DNA of 32,576 nt from Methanomicrobiales archaeon (GTDB taxonomy: Archaea; Halobacteriota; Methanomicrobia; Methanomicrobiales; Methanospirillaceae), in the NCBI GenBank assembly GCA_017883495.1, contig JADGNL010000165.1, forward strand, positions 1-32,576, written 5' to 3'. The notes beneath the pieces were generated by a model. The model ran no database searches and was not told the origin of the DNA. It saw only the letters and a list, made by a program, of their open reading frames with translations. Below are positions 1 to 8,913 of this stretch, in pieces (positions within the stretch are counted from its first letter, which is position 1; every line of letters begins with the position of its first letter). The position numbers were made by a program, and so were the translations under genes.

Positions 1-1
1 C

Positions 2-127
2 GAGGGGATGTGCCGGGCGCTCGAGGCCGGCGTCCGGTTCGCGCACATCATCAACGGCAACACCGAGCACAATCTCCTCCTCGAGCTCTTCACCCGCGAC
101 GGCGTCGGGACGATGATCTTCGCCTGA
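2..127 (+). CDS. argB: acetylglutamate kinase, C-terminal fragment (start lies upstream of window)
   Basis: Frame 2 reads [41 protein letters not shown]-stop (TGA 125-127). This matches the conserved ArgB C-terminus HII(D/N)G..H.LLLE(L/I)FT..G(I/V)GT. It is not in the ORF track because no start codon lies in the window. Confidence 0.65.
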   Translation, partial: EGMCRALEAGVRFAHIINGNTEHNLLLELFTRDGVGTMIFA

Positions 128-206
128 GGCCCGTATCGAGCGGCTCCGGTGGAGACGCCATACTTTTATTATCCCTCCCCTGCAGCTGACTGATCGTCAT
201 GGGGTT

Positions 207-1427
207 GTGAGGGTCCATCCCGATCCGCGCTTGCCCGCAGCAGCCACGCCCGTTGCCGCACTCCTGATCGTCCTTCTTCTCGCTCCCCCGGCAACGGCCG
301 CGCTGATGGCGGACTTCGTTGCCGTGCCGTCCGACGGAGAGGCGCCCCTCACGGTCGTATTCACCGATCGTTCGTCGAGTACGATCTTCGGAGCTGCAGA
401 GAAGTGGACCTGGCTGTTCGGGGACGGATCGAGTTCGACCCTCCGGAACCCGACTCACCTCTACTCTGTGCCGGGAACCTATACGGTCCGCCTCGAAGCC
501 CAGGCGAACGTGGGCTCCGACGAGTTCACGGAGCAGGGAACCGTGGAGAAGACGGTCGTGGTTCGACTCCCGCTGAGAGCCTCGTTCGACTACCAGAACG
601 TCGGGCCCCTGACCGTTCAGTTCACCGAGACCTCGACCGGCGATGTCACTGGCCGGTCATGGTGGTTCGGCGACGGTGCAACCTCGGCCGCCCGGAATCC
701 GAGGCATACGTACGCCGGATCCGGTCCGTACACGGTACGGTTCGGCGTCCTTGGACCGGGGGACGAATTCCCCAGGTCGACGGCAGAGAGGACGGTCCTG
801 GTCGAATCCACCCCCTCCCGCTCCCCGACGACGATCCCCGTGACCTACCCGCCCTTCCTGATCCTGCATCCGACCGTGTCGCCGCAGAGCGACTCAGTCA
901 CGGTCGAGGGGAGCGTGAGCCCGGGCACTGCGGGGACGACCATCACCCGGATCACCTGGGACTGGGGCGATGGTGCGGTCGAGGACCACGACGTCCCGAA
1001 CACGCACACCTACGCCGAGGCCGGTTCATACGCGATCACGGTCACCGCATACCAGAACGACGGGGAATCCGCGACCCGGTCCGTGACGATCTCCATGCCC
1101 GGCCCGACCGGGACCACGATCGTGCAATCCCCGACGACCGCACCGCCGACGGTGACCGTGGCCACGGTCATCCCCACGGCGACTGACGTTCCGCCGCCGC
1201 CGGACTTCCCGTGGTGGCTCGTCGCGATCGTCGCCGTGGGCCTGCTCGCCGGCGGCGTCGCGGTCGTGAAGGGGTGGCCGGGCGTGTCCTCTCCGGAGGA
1301 GCCCGCGGTCCCCGGGCTGACGATCGAGCCCCGGGGCGGGCTGCGAAGGACGAATGTGGAAGAGGACCCGGGTCGGGATGCCCGGATCGAGATCGAGGTG
1401 CGGGGAGGGATTCGACGAGAGCGATAA
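207..1427 (+). CDS. membrane-anchored surface protein with three PKD domains
   Basis: Signal-peptide-like N-terminus (AALLIVLLLAPPATAA). Three PKD signatures: WTWLFGDGSSSTLRNPTHLYSVPGTYTVRL, WWFGDGATSAARNPRHTYAGSGPYTVRF and WDWGDGAVEDHDVPNTHTYAEAGSYAITV. A Pro/Thr linker is followed by a C-terminal TM helix WWLVAIVAVGLLAGGVAVV and a 52-aa basic tail. GTG start as in the ORF track. Confidence 0.85.
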   Translation: MRVHPDPRLPAAATPVAALLIVLLLAPPATAALMADFVAVPSDGEAPLTVVFTDRSSSTIFGAAEKWTWLFGDGSSSTLRNPTHLYSVPGTYTVRLEAQANVGSDEFTEQGTVEKTVVVRLPLRASFDYQNVGPLTVQFTETSTGDVTGRSWWFGDGATSAARNPRHTYAGSGPYTVRFGVLGPGDEFPRSTAERTVLVESTPSRSPTTIPVTYPPFLILHPTVSPQSDSVTVEGSVSPGTAGTTITRITWDWGDGAVEDHDVPNTHTYAEAGSYAITVTAYQNDGESATRSVTISMPGPTGTTIVQSPTTAPPTVTVATVIPTATDVPPPPDFPWWLVAIVAVGLLAGGVAVVKGWPGVSSPEEPAVPGLTIEPRGGLRRTNVEEDPGRDARIEIEVRGGIRRER

Positions 1428-1482
1428 GGAGCAGCAGAACGATCCGTTCGACCGGGCGGAGTTCGCGGCCGAGGTCGCGGGC

Positions 1483-2091
1483 ATGATGAAGGCGCGGGGG
1501 GAGGCCGAGCTCTCCGGTGTGGCCAAGTACCACCGCATGGCCGGTGTGCCGGCGAAGAAGGCGCTCGAGCTGGCCGCCCTCCAGGTTGCGGACACGCTGG
1601 TCCGGTACCTCTCGCAGGGCTGGATCAAGGCGACCGTCGAGGAGATGGAGGCCGCGGGCGGCGGGCCCGGCACGACGGCGTTCACCGTCGCTCCGGCAAG
1701 GCCGCTCCGCGTGGCCCTCCCGTCCTGGGACCAGTACGTCGAGTTCGTGGTCCGGGCGAACGGGTTCGAGCTGGCCCGCCCGAGCATCGACTTCCGTGTC
1801 GACCCGCGGATCGAGGTCATCGATGCTGCGCTCCGCCGCTGGCCCGACGGCGGATACGAGCTGACCCTCGGCAGGGCCCGGTTCGGCTGCCGGATCTTCC
1901 TCAAGCAGCCCGGGGGCGACCTGCTGATCGGCGAGCCGAAGACGCGGGAGTTTCAGTTCGCCGAGCCGATCTCGTTCGGCGGCAGCGGGCCGCCCGAAGA
2001 GGAGGAGAAGGTCTGCCCGTACGGGCTTGACGCGGCCTGTCCGCTCCGGACGGGCGCGGACGCGCAGAAGAGTGTGCCGAGACCGGAATAA
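1483..2091 (+). CDS. hypothetical protein (start uncertain; frame is open from 1354)
   Basis: High third-position G+C throughout. ATG 1483 is preceded by GAGGT at a 7-nt spacing. ATG 1354 and 1378 are alternative starts that would overlap the PKD gene tail. I recognise no family motif (MMKARGEAELSGVAKYHRMAGVPAKKALELAALQV...). Confidence 0.55.
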   Translation: MMKARGEAELSGVAKYHRMAGVPAKKALELAALQVADTLVRYLSQGWIKATVEEMEAAGGGPGTTAFTVAPARPLRVALPSWDQYVEFVVRANGFELARPSIDFRVDPRIEVIDAALRRWPDGGYELTLGRARFGCRIFLKQPGGDLLIGEPKTREFQFAEPISFGGSGPPEEEEKVCPYGLDAACPLRTGADAQKSVPRPE

Positions 2092-2274
2092 GGTCGGGTC
2101 ACTTCGCCTTCGCGGAGCGCCCTGCCACGGTCCCTCTCGGCCGTTCGGATGCGCTCCTGTCGCTCTTTCGCCGTTCCAGCCGTGGGCCGTTCTCCCCCGC
2201 GGCCCGACTGATAATACGGTGGACGTTGAGCGCCGCCACCCGGTGTTCGGTCGAAATATCGCCGTCCATTGTCT

Positions 2275-2877
2275 TCACCCCACCCGGATCGTGACGCCCG
2301 GGATGCCGCCGTTCGAGACCGCCCGGGCCGCGCCGAGCGCCTGCCGTACCTGGGCCTCGCTGACTGGCATGCCGGCCATCCCGAGCAGCTCCTGGAGCAT
2401 GATCGTCTGTTCCTGCTGGAAGGGCACGTTCACGGTCACGATGCCGTAGACGTCCCCTGAGACGGTGCCGTTGACGCGGACCGTGATCCGGTCCTGACCC
2501 GCCTGGACCGTCGCCAGGGCGGCATTGAGCAGGGCCTGGTTGTCGAGCGTGACCGGCACGGTCCTCGTGATCGACTGGCGGGCCGGAAGGGTGACGGGAC
2601 CGGTCCGCCCGTCCCCCAGGCGCCGCAGACCGCCGGCCTCGACCGAGGAGACCGTGAACGCGACGTCCTTCAAAGGAATATCGAACGAGTTCGGGTTCGT
2701 GACCTGGACCTCGACCTGGAGCGTCGTGTTCGCCGGCGTGAACGTCCCGACCCGGACACTCTCGACGGCGACCGTCGGTTGCGCGATGCAGCCGGCCGTG
2801 CCGGCGATCATAAGGATGGCGGCGAGAACGAGGACGGAGGTGAGATATCTGGGCACGGCACAGGCTCCTGCGTGCAC
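2275..2877 (-). CDS. LEA type-2 (LEA14 / NDR1-HIN1 / WHy-like) lipoprotein
   Basis: Signal peptide ending in the lipobox-like LMIAGTAGC. The core QVEVQVTNPNSFDIPLKDVAFTV matches the V.V.NPN.F.IP pattern typical of LEA_2 domains. Confidence 0.7.
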   Translation of the reverse strand: MHAGACAVPRYLTSVLVLAAILMIAGTAGCIAQPTVAVESVRVGTFTPANTTLQVEVQVTNPNSFDIPLKDVAFTVSSVEAGGLRRLGDGRTGPVTLPARQSITRTVPVTLDNQALLNAALATVQAGQDRITVRVNGTVSGDVYGIVTVNVPFQQEQTIMLQELLGMAGMPVSEAQVRQALGAARAVSNGGIPGVTIRVG

Positions 2878-2970
2878 GCTGGCATGCGCGCTGCTGATAG
2901 GAGCGGCTTCTACTTAAGGATATTCTCTGAGCATCCGATGGGTGCCGGTCCGCCCCATAACGGGACGATT

Positions 2971-3810
2971 TTAACGGCTCACCAGGCAGACCCAGCGGTC
3001 GTAGATCGGGTCCCGCTCGTTTTCGAAGATCTCGACCCCGCGGCCGGCTTCGACGGCCCAGCCGGCGACGAGGGCGGCCTCCGGCTCGGTCCCGAGTGTG
3101 ATCAGCGTCTCGTCCGAAAGCCCGACGAGCTGAAGGACGAGACTCCGCCAGAGCTCGTCGTTGAGCCCGGGGTAGCACTGGCCGACCATCAGGGCGAGTC
3201 CGACCGGGGCCGGCTCGACATAGTCGGTCGCGAAGGTCCCGTCGATGCAGCAGACCTCCTCGGGGAGGAGCCGTCCCTCGGCGAGCCCCCGCGCGATGAG
3301 GGCGGCGTCGTTGTCGTACGAGAGCGGCGCCATTCCGAGGGACCGGAGCACCGCGGCACCGATTCCCGACCCGCAGCAGGCGTCGATCGCGCGGGTCCCC
3401 TCTCGCGCGCCCCAGTGCTCGGCCACGAGATCCCTGGCCTTCGCGAATCGGTCCGGCGGCAGGTCGTTGGTCGCGGGCAGGACCTCGGCACGGATCCGCT
3501 CCGCGTAATAGGCGCGGACCGCCCGCGCCCAGACCTCGCGCGGCTCCTGGTAGATCTCGCCGCCGGTCTCCTCGAACCGTTCGAGCCAGATCACGGACGG
3601 CGTCCGGTAGAGGAAGGTCGCCGCGTGCCAGGCGTCGTCGTCGCGGAGCGCGATCGCGATCGGGTCGTCGTCCTCGTCCACGAGGAGGCGCCCGTCCGTC
3701 GCCTCGAGCTCCGGCGCGACCGAGGAGTAGAGTTCGTCGGTCAGTTCTGCAAAGCTCGGCTCGACGAACCGGAGCTCCGGCACCTCGATCAGTTCTGCGG
3801 CCGTCACCAT
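2971..3810 (-). CDS. putative class I SAM-dependent methyltransferase-like protein
   Basis: The ORF-track ORF 2971..3981 has an Arg/Ser-rich junk N-terminus. The plausible start is ATG 3810 (MVTAAELIEVPELRF...), 7 nt after the stop of the upstream gene. Motif-I-like AIDACCGSGIGAAVL lies in the C-terminal half. The N-terminal ~120 aa are unassigned. Confidence 0.6.
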   Translation of the reverse strand: MVTAAELIEVPELRFVEPSFAELTDELYSSVAPELEATDGRLLVDEDDDPIAIALRDDDAWHAATFLYRTPSVIWLERFEETGGEIYQEPREVWARAVRAYYAERIRAEVLPATNDLPPDRFAKARDLVAEHWGAREGTRAIDACCGSGIGAAVLRSLGMAPLSYDNDAALIARGLAEGRLLPEEVCCIDGTFATDYVEPAPVGLALMVGQCYPGLNDELWRSLVLQLVGLSDETLITLGTEPEAALVAGWAVEAGRGVEIFENERDPIYDRWVCLVSR

Positions 3811-3817
3811 CGCTGTA

Positions 3818-4660
3818 TCACGTCGCCCTGAGTATGCGCAGGCCCCCGGGGGCCCGCATGGTTCCGTCCACGAGCGCCCGCTCGTGCACGTCGATCGTTC
3901 GCCCGTCCAGGTCGCCGAGGACCCGTGCCCCCGACCCGACCTCGATCGTCCCGCCGCACGCGACCGTGCCGTGGACGACACTCTCCGGACCGATCACGAC
4001 CCGGTCCGCGGCCCGGATCGAGCCGAAGAGGATCGTATTCCTGCCGACCTCGACGACACGGCCCCGGACGTTGCCGTGGAGCCGGCAGTCCGAGCCGATC
4101 GCCATCTCGCCCGGCACCTCGAGCCGCTCCATGTCGAAGATCGCGCCCGGCGGGATCACGAGTGGCTCCTCCACGGGCGTCTCGTCGCCGCCGAGCACCT
4201 CGGTCATGAACCGGTCGACCTCGTCCTCGTGCTCGAAACGGAGCATGGCCATCAGGTAGAGCATGAGGTAGACGATCACCGGGAGCGGGTTGCGGATCTG
4301 GATCCAGCCCCGGGCCTCGAACCCCTGCTCGATCTTCACGTTGTCGCCGATGTCGAGGTCGCCCGCGACCGAGAGCCGGCCCGCGATCCGGACGCCCTCG
4401 CCGAGGTAGGCGTCCTCCTCGGTCCGGACGTCGCCGGCGACCTCGGTCCAGTTGCCGATCCGGACGTCGCCCGTGGCCGTCACGGCCCCGTTGACCCGGC
4501 AGAACTCGGCCACCACGACCTCGGCGCCGGAGAGGCCGTAGTCGATCCGGCAGCGGTCCCCGATCAGGATCGCGCGGTCCGTCATCAGCACGTGCTCCTG
4601 GAGCTCGGTTCCGTCGGGGATCGTGCACCGATCGAGGAGTGCGGGCGCGGTCTCGTCCAT
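3818..4660 (-). CDS. bactofilin-like (DUF583 polymer-forming) beta-helix repeat protein with a central hydrophobic segment
   Basis: Two blocks of short beta-helix repeats: VNGAVTATGDVRIGNWTEVAGDVRTEEDAYLGEGVRIAGRLSVAGDLDIGDNVKIEQG and IGSDCRLHGNVRGRVVEVGRNTILFGSIRAADRVVIGPESVVHGTVACGGTIEVGSGARVLGDLDG. They are separated by LPVIVYLMLYLMAML. Confidence 0.7.
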   Translation of the reverse strand: MDETAPALLDRCTIPDGTELQEHVLMTDRAILIGDRCRIDYGLSGAEVVVAEFCRVNGAVTATGDVRIGNWTEVAGDVRTEEDAYLGEGVRIAGRLSVAGDLDIGDNVKIEQGFEARGWIQIRNPLPVIVYLMLYLMAMLRFEHEDEVDRFMTEVLGGDETPVEEPLVIPPGAIFDMERLEVPGEMAIGSDCRLHGNVRGRVVEVGRNTILFGSIRAADRVVIGPESVVHGTVACGGTIEVGSGARVLGDLDGRTIDVHERALVDGTMRAPGGLRILRAT

Positions 4661-4681
4661 TATCGCATGCCGTACACTGTT

Positions 4682-5917
4682 TCAGGCCCCGTATTTATGA
4701 GACTTGCCGATCAGGTCGAGCAGGGTCGGCAGGAGGTCGCGGCCGCGGATGCGGTGGAGACCGCCCTCGGCGCAGCGGAACTCGTCGTACTTCGTCACAC
4801 GGTCGGGCCGGACCCCTTCGCCGCGGACCAGCACCGGGACCGGGTCGGCCGAGTGGTCCATGACCGTGCACGGCGTCGAGTGGTCGCCGCAGACGGCGAT
4901 CACAGTTTCCTGCAGGTCGAGGAACGGGGCGAGCGCTCCGTCGATCCGCTCGATGAAGTCGCGCTTCTGTTCGGCCTTGCCGTCGTGGCCGGACTCGTCC
5001 GCGCCCTTGATGTTCAGGAGCACGAACCCGTGGGTCTCGAGCGCGTCCACGACGGCCCGGACCTTCCCGTCCAGGTTCGTGTCGACCGAGCCGGTCGCGC
5101 CCTCGACATGGATCGTCTCGAGCCCGACGACCTTCCCGATCCCGGTGATCAGGGTCGCGGCCGCGACCACGGCGCCGGAGAGGCCGTACCGCTCGCCGAA
5201 CGGTTCGAAGTGGCCCATCCGGCCGGCGCCGCGGAGCAGCACCTCGTTCGCCGGCGGCAACCCTTGAGCGAGCCGCTCGCGGTTGAGCGGGTGGTTGAAG
5301 AGGATCGGCCGGGCCTGCCGGACGAACTCGTTCAGGACCGCCGCGGTCTTCACGTCCTCGGGCCGGACCGTCGTCGGTTCGAACCGCGTGGGCGCGACGC
5401 CCTCGTGCTTCGGGTCGTTCGAGCCGACCCCGTCGCCGAGCCCCGTGCCCTCGAGCGCGAGCGCGGCGCGGTGGCCGGCCCCAGAGACGAAGCGGAAGGA
5501 GACGCCGAAGGGCAGGAGATCGACACCGTCCTCGATCGCCTTCGAGAGCGGCTCCGTCCCGTGGATCCGGCCGGCGCGGCGGTCCGTGACGAGCCCGTCG
5601 GGGCCGAGGGTCGCGAAGTTCGCCCGGAAGCCGATCATGCCCGGGCGCATCCGGATCCCCGAGCCCTCGGCCTCGAGCGGCCCGCGGCCCGTGTAATACT
5701 CTTCCGGCGGGTACCCGAGCAGGGCCAGGTGCGAGGTGTCCGAGCCGGGCCGGATCCCCGGAGCGATCGTATCCATGATCCCGGTCGCGCCCTCGCGGGC
5801 CATGCGGTCGAGCACGGGCGTCCGCGCGGCCGAGAGCGGGGTCGCCCCGCCGAGGGCCGGGTGCGGCCGGTCGCCGATCCCGTCGAGGACGATCAGCAGA
5901 ATCCTCTGGGCGGTCAT
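4682..5917 (-). CDS. apgM: 2,3-bisphosphoglycerate-independent phosphoglycerate mutase, archaeal type
   Basis: RILLIVLDGIGDRP N-terminus, GSDTSHLALLGY, and VCGDHSTPC near the C-terminus. At 411 aa the length and motifs fit ApgM. Confidence 0.92.
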   Translation of the reverse strand: MTAQRILLIVLDGIGDRPHPALGGATPLSAARTPVLDRMAREGATGIMDTIAPGIRPGSDTSHLALLGYPPEEYYTGRGPLEAEGSGIRMRPGMIGFRANFATLGPDGLVTDRRAGRIHGTEPLSKAIEDGVDLLPFGVSFRFVSGAGHRAALALEGTGLGDGVGSNDPKHEGVAPTRFEPTTVRPEDVKTAAVLNEFVRQARPILFNHPLNRERLAQGLPPANEVLLRGAGRMGHFEPFGERYGLSGAVVAAATLITGIGKVVGLETIHVEGATGSVDTNLDGKVRAVVDALETHGFVLLNIKGADESGHDGKAEQKRDFIERIDGALAPFLDLQETVIAVCGDHSTPCTVMDHSADPVPVLVRGEGVRPDRVTKYDEFRCAEGGLHRIRGRDLLPTLLDLIGKSHKYGA

Positions 5918-5947
5918 CGGGTATGCGTGCGCGTTCGTGCGCCATAG

Positions 5948-6763
5948 ATGTGCCGGCCGCCATCTTTATCCGGCCCCGTGCCCACGGATTCTCACGTGAT
6001 CCTCGTCGTCTCGGACCTTCACGCCGGCCACCCGGATGCGGATGTTCCGGCGTTCCTCGAGTTCCTCGCGGCCTGCGAGTCGATCGACGGCGGCACGCTC
6101 GTCCTGCTCGGCGACATCTTCGACCTCTGGCGCCGCCGCAACGGGCCGCTCCTGGTCGAGCACGGCGGGCTCCTGGACCGGCTGGCCCGCCTCCGCGGCA
6201 TGGACGTCCGGTACCTGGTCGGGAACCACGACTACGCCCTCCTCGCGATCGCGGCGCGGTCCGCGGGGCGAGGGCCGTTTCCGATCGCAAGGCAGCTCCT
6301 CCTCGACGAGGGTGGCCGCACCACGCTCTTCATGCACGGGTACGAACTCGAAGTCTACGGCTCGCTCGAGCCCGTCTCGGTCGAGGCCTACGAGGCGTTC
6401 TCGGCCCGGATGTGCGCGGTCGGCGACCTCGGCGGGGCCGTGACGGGCCGCATCTACGACCTCTACGCACGCGGCCTCGACCTGGCCGGACGGCGCGAGG
6501 CCCTCCAGCGCCCCGCGCACGAGCGCCAGACCCTCGACGCGGCCGAGACCCTCGCCCGTTCGCCGGCCAGCCGGCTGCTGCTCGGCATCGGTGCCGGCGA
6601 CCGGCTCGTGTACGGCCACACGCACCGCGCCTCGGTCAGCGACGACGGCCTGACGGCCAACCCCGGCGCCTGGGTCGCGGACGGAGGCGAGAGCCGTACC
6701 TACCTCCGGATTGAAGACGACCGCGTGACCCTGCGCCGTTTCGGCCGGGATCCGTTTCCGTAA
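5948..6763 (+). CDS. metallophosphoesterase (LpxH-like calcineurin-type phosphoesterase)
   Basis: Motifs VVSDLHAGH, LLGDIFDLW, GNHD, MHGYE and GHTH. The start could instead be GTG 5996 (MILVVSDLHAG), which lies 26-32 nt downstream of a CTTTATC TATA-like box. Confidence 0.85.
   Translation: MCRPPSLSGPVPTDSHVILVVSDLHAGHPDADVPAFLEFLAACESIDGGTLVLLGDIFDLWRRRNGPLLVEHGGLLDRLARLRGMDVRYLVGNHDYALLAIAARSAGRGPFPIARQLLLDEGGRTTLFMHGYELEVYGSLEPVSVEAYEAFSARMCAVGDLGGAVTGRIYDLYARGLDLAGRREALQRPAHERQTLDAAETLARSPASRLLLGIGAGDRLVYGHTHRASVSDDGLTANPGAWVADGGESRTYLRIEDDRVTLRRFGRDPFP
5964..5970. promoter_or_regulatory. TATA-like box (CTTTATC) in the short apgM / phosphoesterase divergent spacer
   Basis: It is the only A/T-rich element between the divergent starts at 5917 and 5948/5996. 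Confidence 0.3.
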
Positions 6764-6775
6764 AAGAGGGGATGT

Positions 6776-7378
6776 TCAGGCTGCGACCGCGGGGGCGCGG
6801 CCGAGCAGCTTGGACTTGATCACTTCGATCCGCCGGACCGGGAAGACGGCACGCGCATCGGCCATCAGGTCCTTCGCGAGCCCGCCCGTGACCATGGACT
6901 CGACCACGGTCTTCCAGTCGTTCTCGGCGATGAAGGCCCCGACCCGCGCGAAGATCCGCTTCCGGATCTCGTGGATGTGCGACGAGTCGGCGGCCATCAG
7001 CGTGTAGCAGGTCACGGTCATGTGAACCCGGACGCCATCCTTGGTCGTGCCGACCACGTGCGCGTCGATCCGGCTCGAGCGCCGCTTCACGAGCGAGCGG
7101 AGGTAGTCCTTGGTCAGCTCGTGGCCGACGAACTCCGTGTAGGCCGCGTCGCCCGCGACCCGGTCGATCCGGAACTTCATCTTGACGTGCTGCTTGCCGT
7201 AGTCGTTGTTGATCTCGCCGAGGGTCGCGTTCATCACGCGCCCGATCATGTTCTCGGTGTCGGCCGAGATGGTTTCGCCGATGACGGCCGCATTGAAGGT
7301 CTCGGGGGCGTGGACCTTGTACCAGGTCTTCGCCTTCCACCCCTCAACGCGCCGTCCGGCCTGCTTCTTTCTTGCCAT
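6776..7378 (-). CDS. rps3ae: 30S ribosomal protein S3Ae (eS1)
   Basis: MARKKQAGRRVEGWKAKTWYKVHAPETF...GETI...KMKFRI. This is the characteristic archaeal S3Ae N-terminus, with a length of 200 aa. Confidence 0.95.
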   Translation of the reverse strand: MARKKQAGRRVEGWKAKTWYKVHAPETFNAAVIGETISADTENMIGRVMNATLGEINNDYGKQHVKMKFRIDRVAGDAAYTEFVGHELTKDYLRSLVKRRSSRIDAHVVGTTKDGVRVHMTVTCYTLMAADSSHIHEIRKRIFARVGAFIAENDWKTVVESMVTGGLAKDLMADARAVFPVRRIEVIKSKLLGRAPAVAA

Positions 7379-7392
7379 TCATTCACCTGTGG

Positions 7393-8913
7393 TTATACGA
7401 ATCTGAAGATCTCATGTGCATCGCCGAACCGCCGGCGGATCCCCGCCGGCCAGTCGTCGAGGTCGAAGCCCTTCTGTGCGAGGAACGCGGCGGTCCAGCG
7501 CTCGAGCCCGATCCCGGAGCAGCCCGACCAGAGGTCGCCGCCCGACTGGACTTTCACGTTGAACCCGCGCGGGTACTTGTCGCCGTTGACCGAGACGTTC
7601 TGGAACTCGAGCCAGGAGTCCGAGTAGGGGAGATAGGCCTCGTAGTCGGTCGTCCCGATCCGCTCCGAGGCGCCCTCGCCGCCGAGCATGCCCTCCTGGG
7701 CCATGAACCAGGGCGTGACCCTGGCGCTGCGCCACTCGAGCTCGAGCACCTCGTCGAAGAGGCGCCGGTACCGCTCGTGAAGCAGGTCGGCCGTCTCGAC
7801 CGTCTGCTCGGGCGTCCCGAGCCAGAGGAGCTCGATCCGATGGAACTCGTCCACGCGCTCGATCCCGTGGATGCCACCGGACTCGTACCGGTGGGAGGTC
7901 CCCGAGCGGTCGAAGACGCGGGCCGGCAGGCTGTCGTTCGTGAGGGTCGCCCCCCCCAGGAACGGCCAGAACGACGGGCACTGCGCATAGCAGAGCCCGC
8001 CGATCGGCCCGTCTATCTTCTCGCGAATCATGTCGACCGGGACCTCGCCCGTGACCTTGAAGTGGTCCGCGACGTCCTCCCAGTAGGCGGGGTCGCGGGT
8101 CTTCGGGACCGAGACGTAGTAGATCTCGGGGTAGACGCCCTTCGCGTGCCCCGACTTGACCCAGACCTCCCAGGGCACGAGCTTGGGGAAGATCATCTCC
8201 GCAAAGCCGAGCGGCCCGACGATCTCCTCGAGCACGAGCGCCTCGAAGGCCCGGAAGAGCCGGGTCGACTGGGGGCCGTGGATCCACTGGCCCCGCGAGA
8301 GGGCGTGCTTGATCCAGCCGCGCCGGATCATCTCCTGTGTCGGGTCCTCGCGGAACCGGAACCCGCGCTTGGGGGACTCGTACAGGAGCTCCCAGTGCTC
8401 GCCCTTGCCGCCGTACACGGCCGCCTCGGTCTTCTCCTCGACGAGCCGGATCAGCCGGTCGGGGATCCGGTTCTCGAGGTCGGCGGCCGTGACCGCGAGC
8501 TCGAGCACGATCCGGTCCGGCTCGACCTCGGCCGAGCGGACGAACGGGAGCGACGCGAGCAGGAGCCCCTCGGGCACCTCGCCCCGGAGCTCGACCCTGA
8601 AATGGACGACCACGATCTCGCGAAGGCCGATCCGGTGCCGGCCGAACAGGCCGGCGATCTGCTTTCTGAACCGGAAGAGCGCATCGTGGGCCCGGGTGTA
8701 CCCGCCGCTCTCGAACGTGACCGTGAGGACCGGCCCCGCGATCGCGTAGCCCGTGATCAGGCCGATCTCGTCGGTCGGGGCGTCCTTCGGAACACCCTTT
8801 CTGAAGATGACCGTGTTCGCCTCCTCGACGGCCCGGTCGAGCTCGGGCCGGAGCTCGTCGGGGATCTCCCGCGAGAAGATCAGGTCGGCCGTCAGGCCGA
8901 ATCGTGGCTGCAT
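7393..8913 (-). CDS. serS: seryl-tRNA synthetase, methanogen-type (atypical class II SerRS)
   Basis: The 506-aa product is collinear with my recollection of Methanosarcina barkeri methanogen-type SerRS. Shared stretches include GQWIHGPQS, MIFPKLVPWEVWVKSGHAKGVYPEIYYV, FDRSGTSHRYESGGIHGIERVDEFHRIE and LEFQNVSVNGDKYPRGFNVK. The ORF-track N-terminal 65 aa are Arg-rich junk. The true start is ATG 8913 (MQPRFGLTADLIF). Confidence 0.93.
   Translation of the reverse strand: MQPRFGLTADLIFSREIPDELRPELDRAVEEANTVIFRKGVPKDAPTDEIGLITGYAIAGPVLTVTFESGGYTRAHDALFRFRKQIAGLFGRHRIGLREIVVVHFRVELRGEVPEGLLLASLPFVRSAEVEPDRIVLELAVTAADLENRIPDRLIRLVEEKTEAAVYGGKGEHWELLYESPKRGFRFREDPTQEMIRRGWIKHALSRGQWIHGPQSTRLFRAFEALVLEEIVGPLGFAEMIFPKLVPWEVWVKSGHAKGVYPEIYYVSVPKTRDPAYWEDVADHFKVTGEVPVDMIREKIDGPIGGLCYAQCPSFWPFLGGATLTNDSLPARVFDRSGTSHRYESGGIHGIERVDEFHRIELLWLGTPEQTVETADLLHERYRRLFDEVLELEWRSARVTPWFMAQEGMLGGEGASERIGTTDYEAYLPYSDSWLEFQNVSVNGDKYPRGFNVKVQSGGDLWSGCSGIGLERWTAAFLAQKGFDLDDWPAGIRRRFGDAHEIFRFV

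Noticed and set aside
2099-2269. 56-aa minus-strand ORF starting 5 nt after the LEA_2 gene stop (MDGDISTEHRVAALNVHRIISRAAGENGPRLERRKSDRSASERPRGTVAGRSAKAK).
   Set aside because: Third-position G+C is only slightly above background. The C-terminal half is Arg/Ser-rich low complexity, and there is no motif or clear ribosome-binding site. Not enough to call a gene.
3884-5947. 687-aa plus-strand ORF, the longest in this part of the track.
   Set aside because: It runs antisense to apgM and the bactofilin-like gene. Its translation is Asp/Arg/Pro/Val/Gly-rich low complexity (…VDRSPVQVAEDPCPRPDLDRPAARDRAVDD…) with no motifs. The opposite strand carries unmistakable ApgM motifs. This is a typical off-strand open frame in GC-rich DNA.
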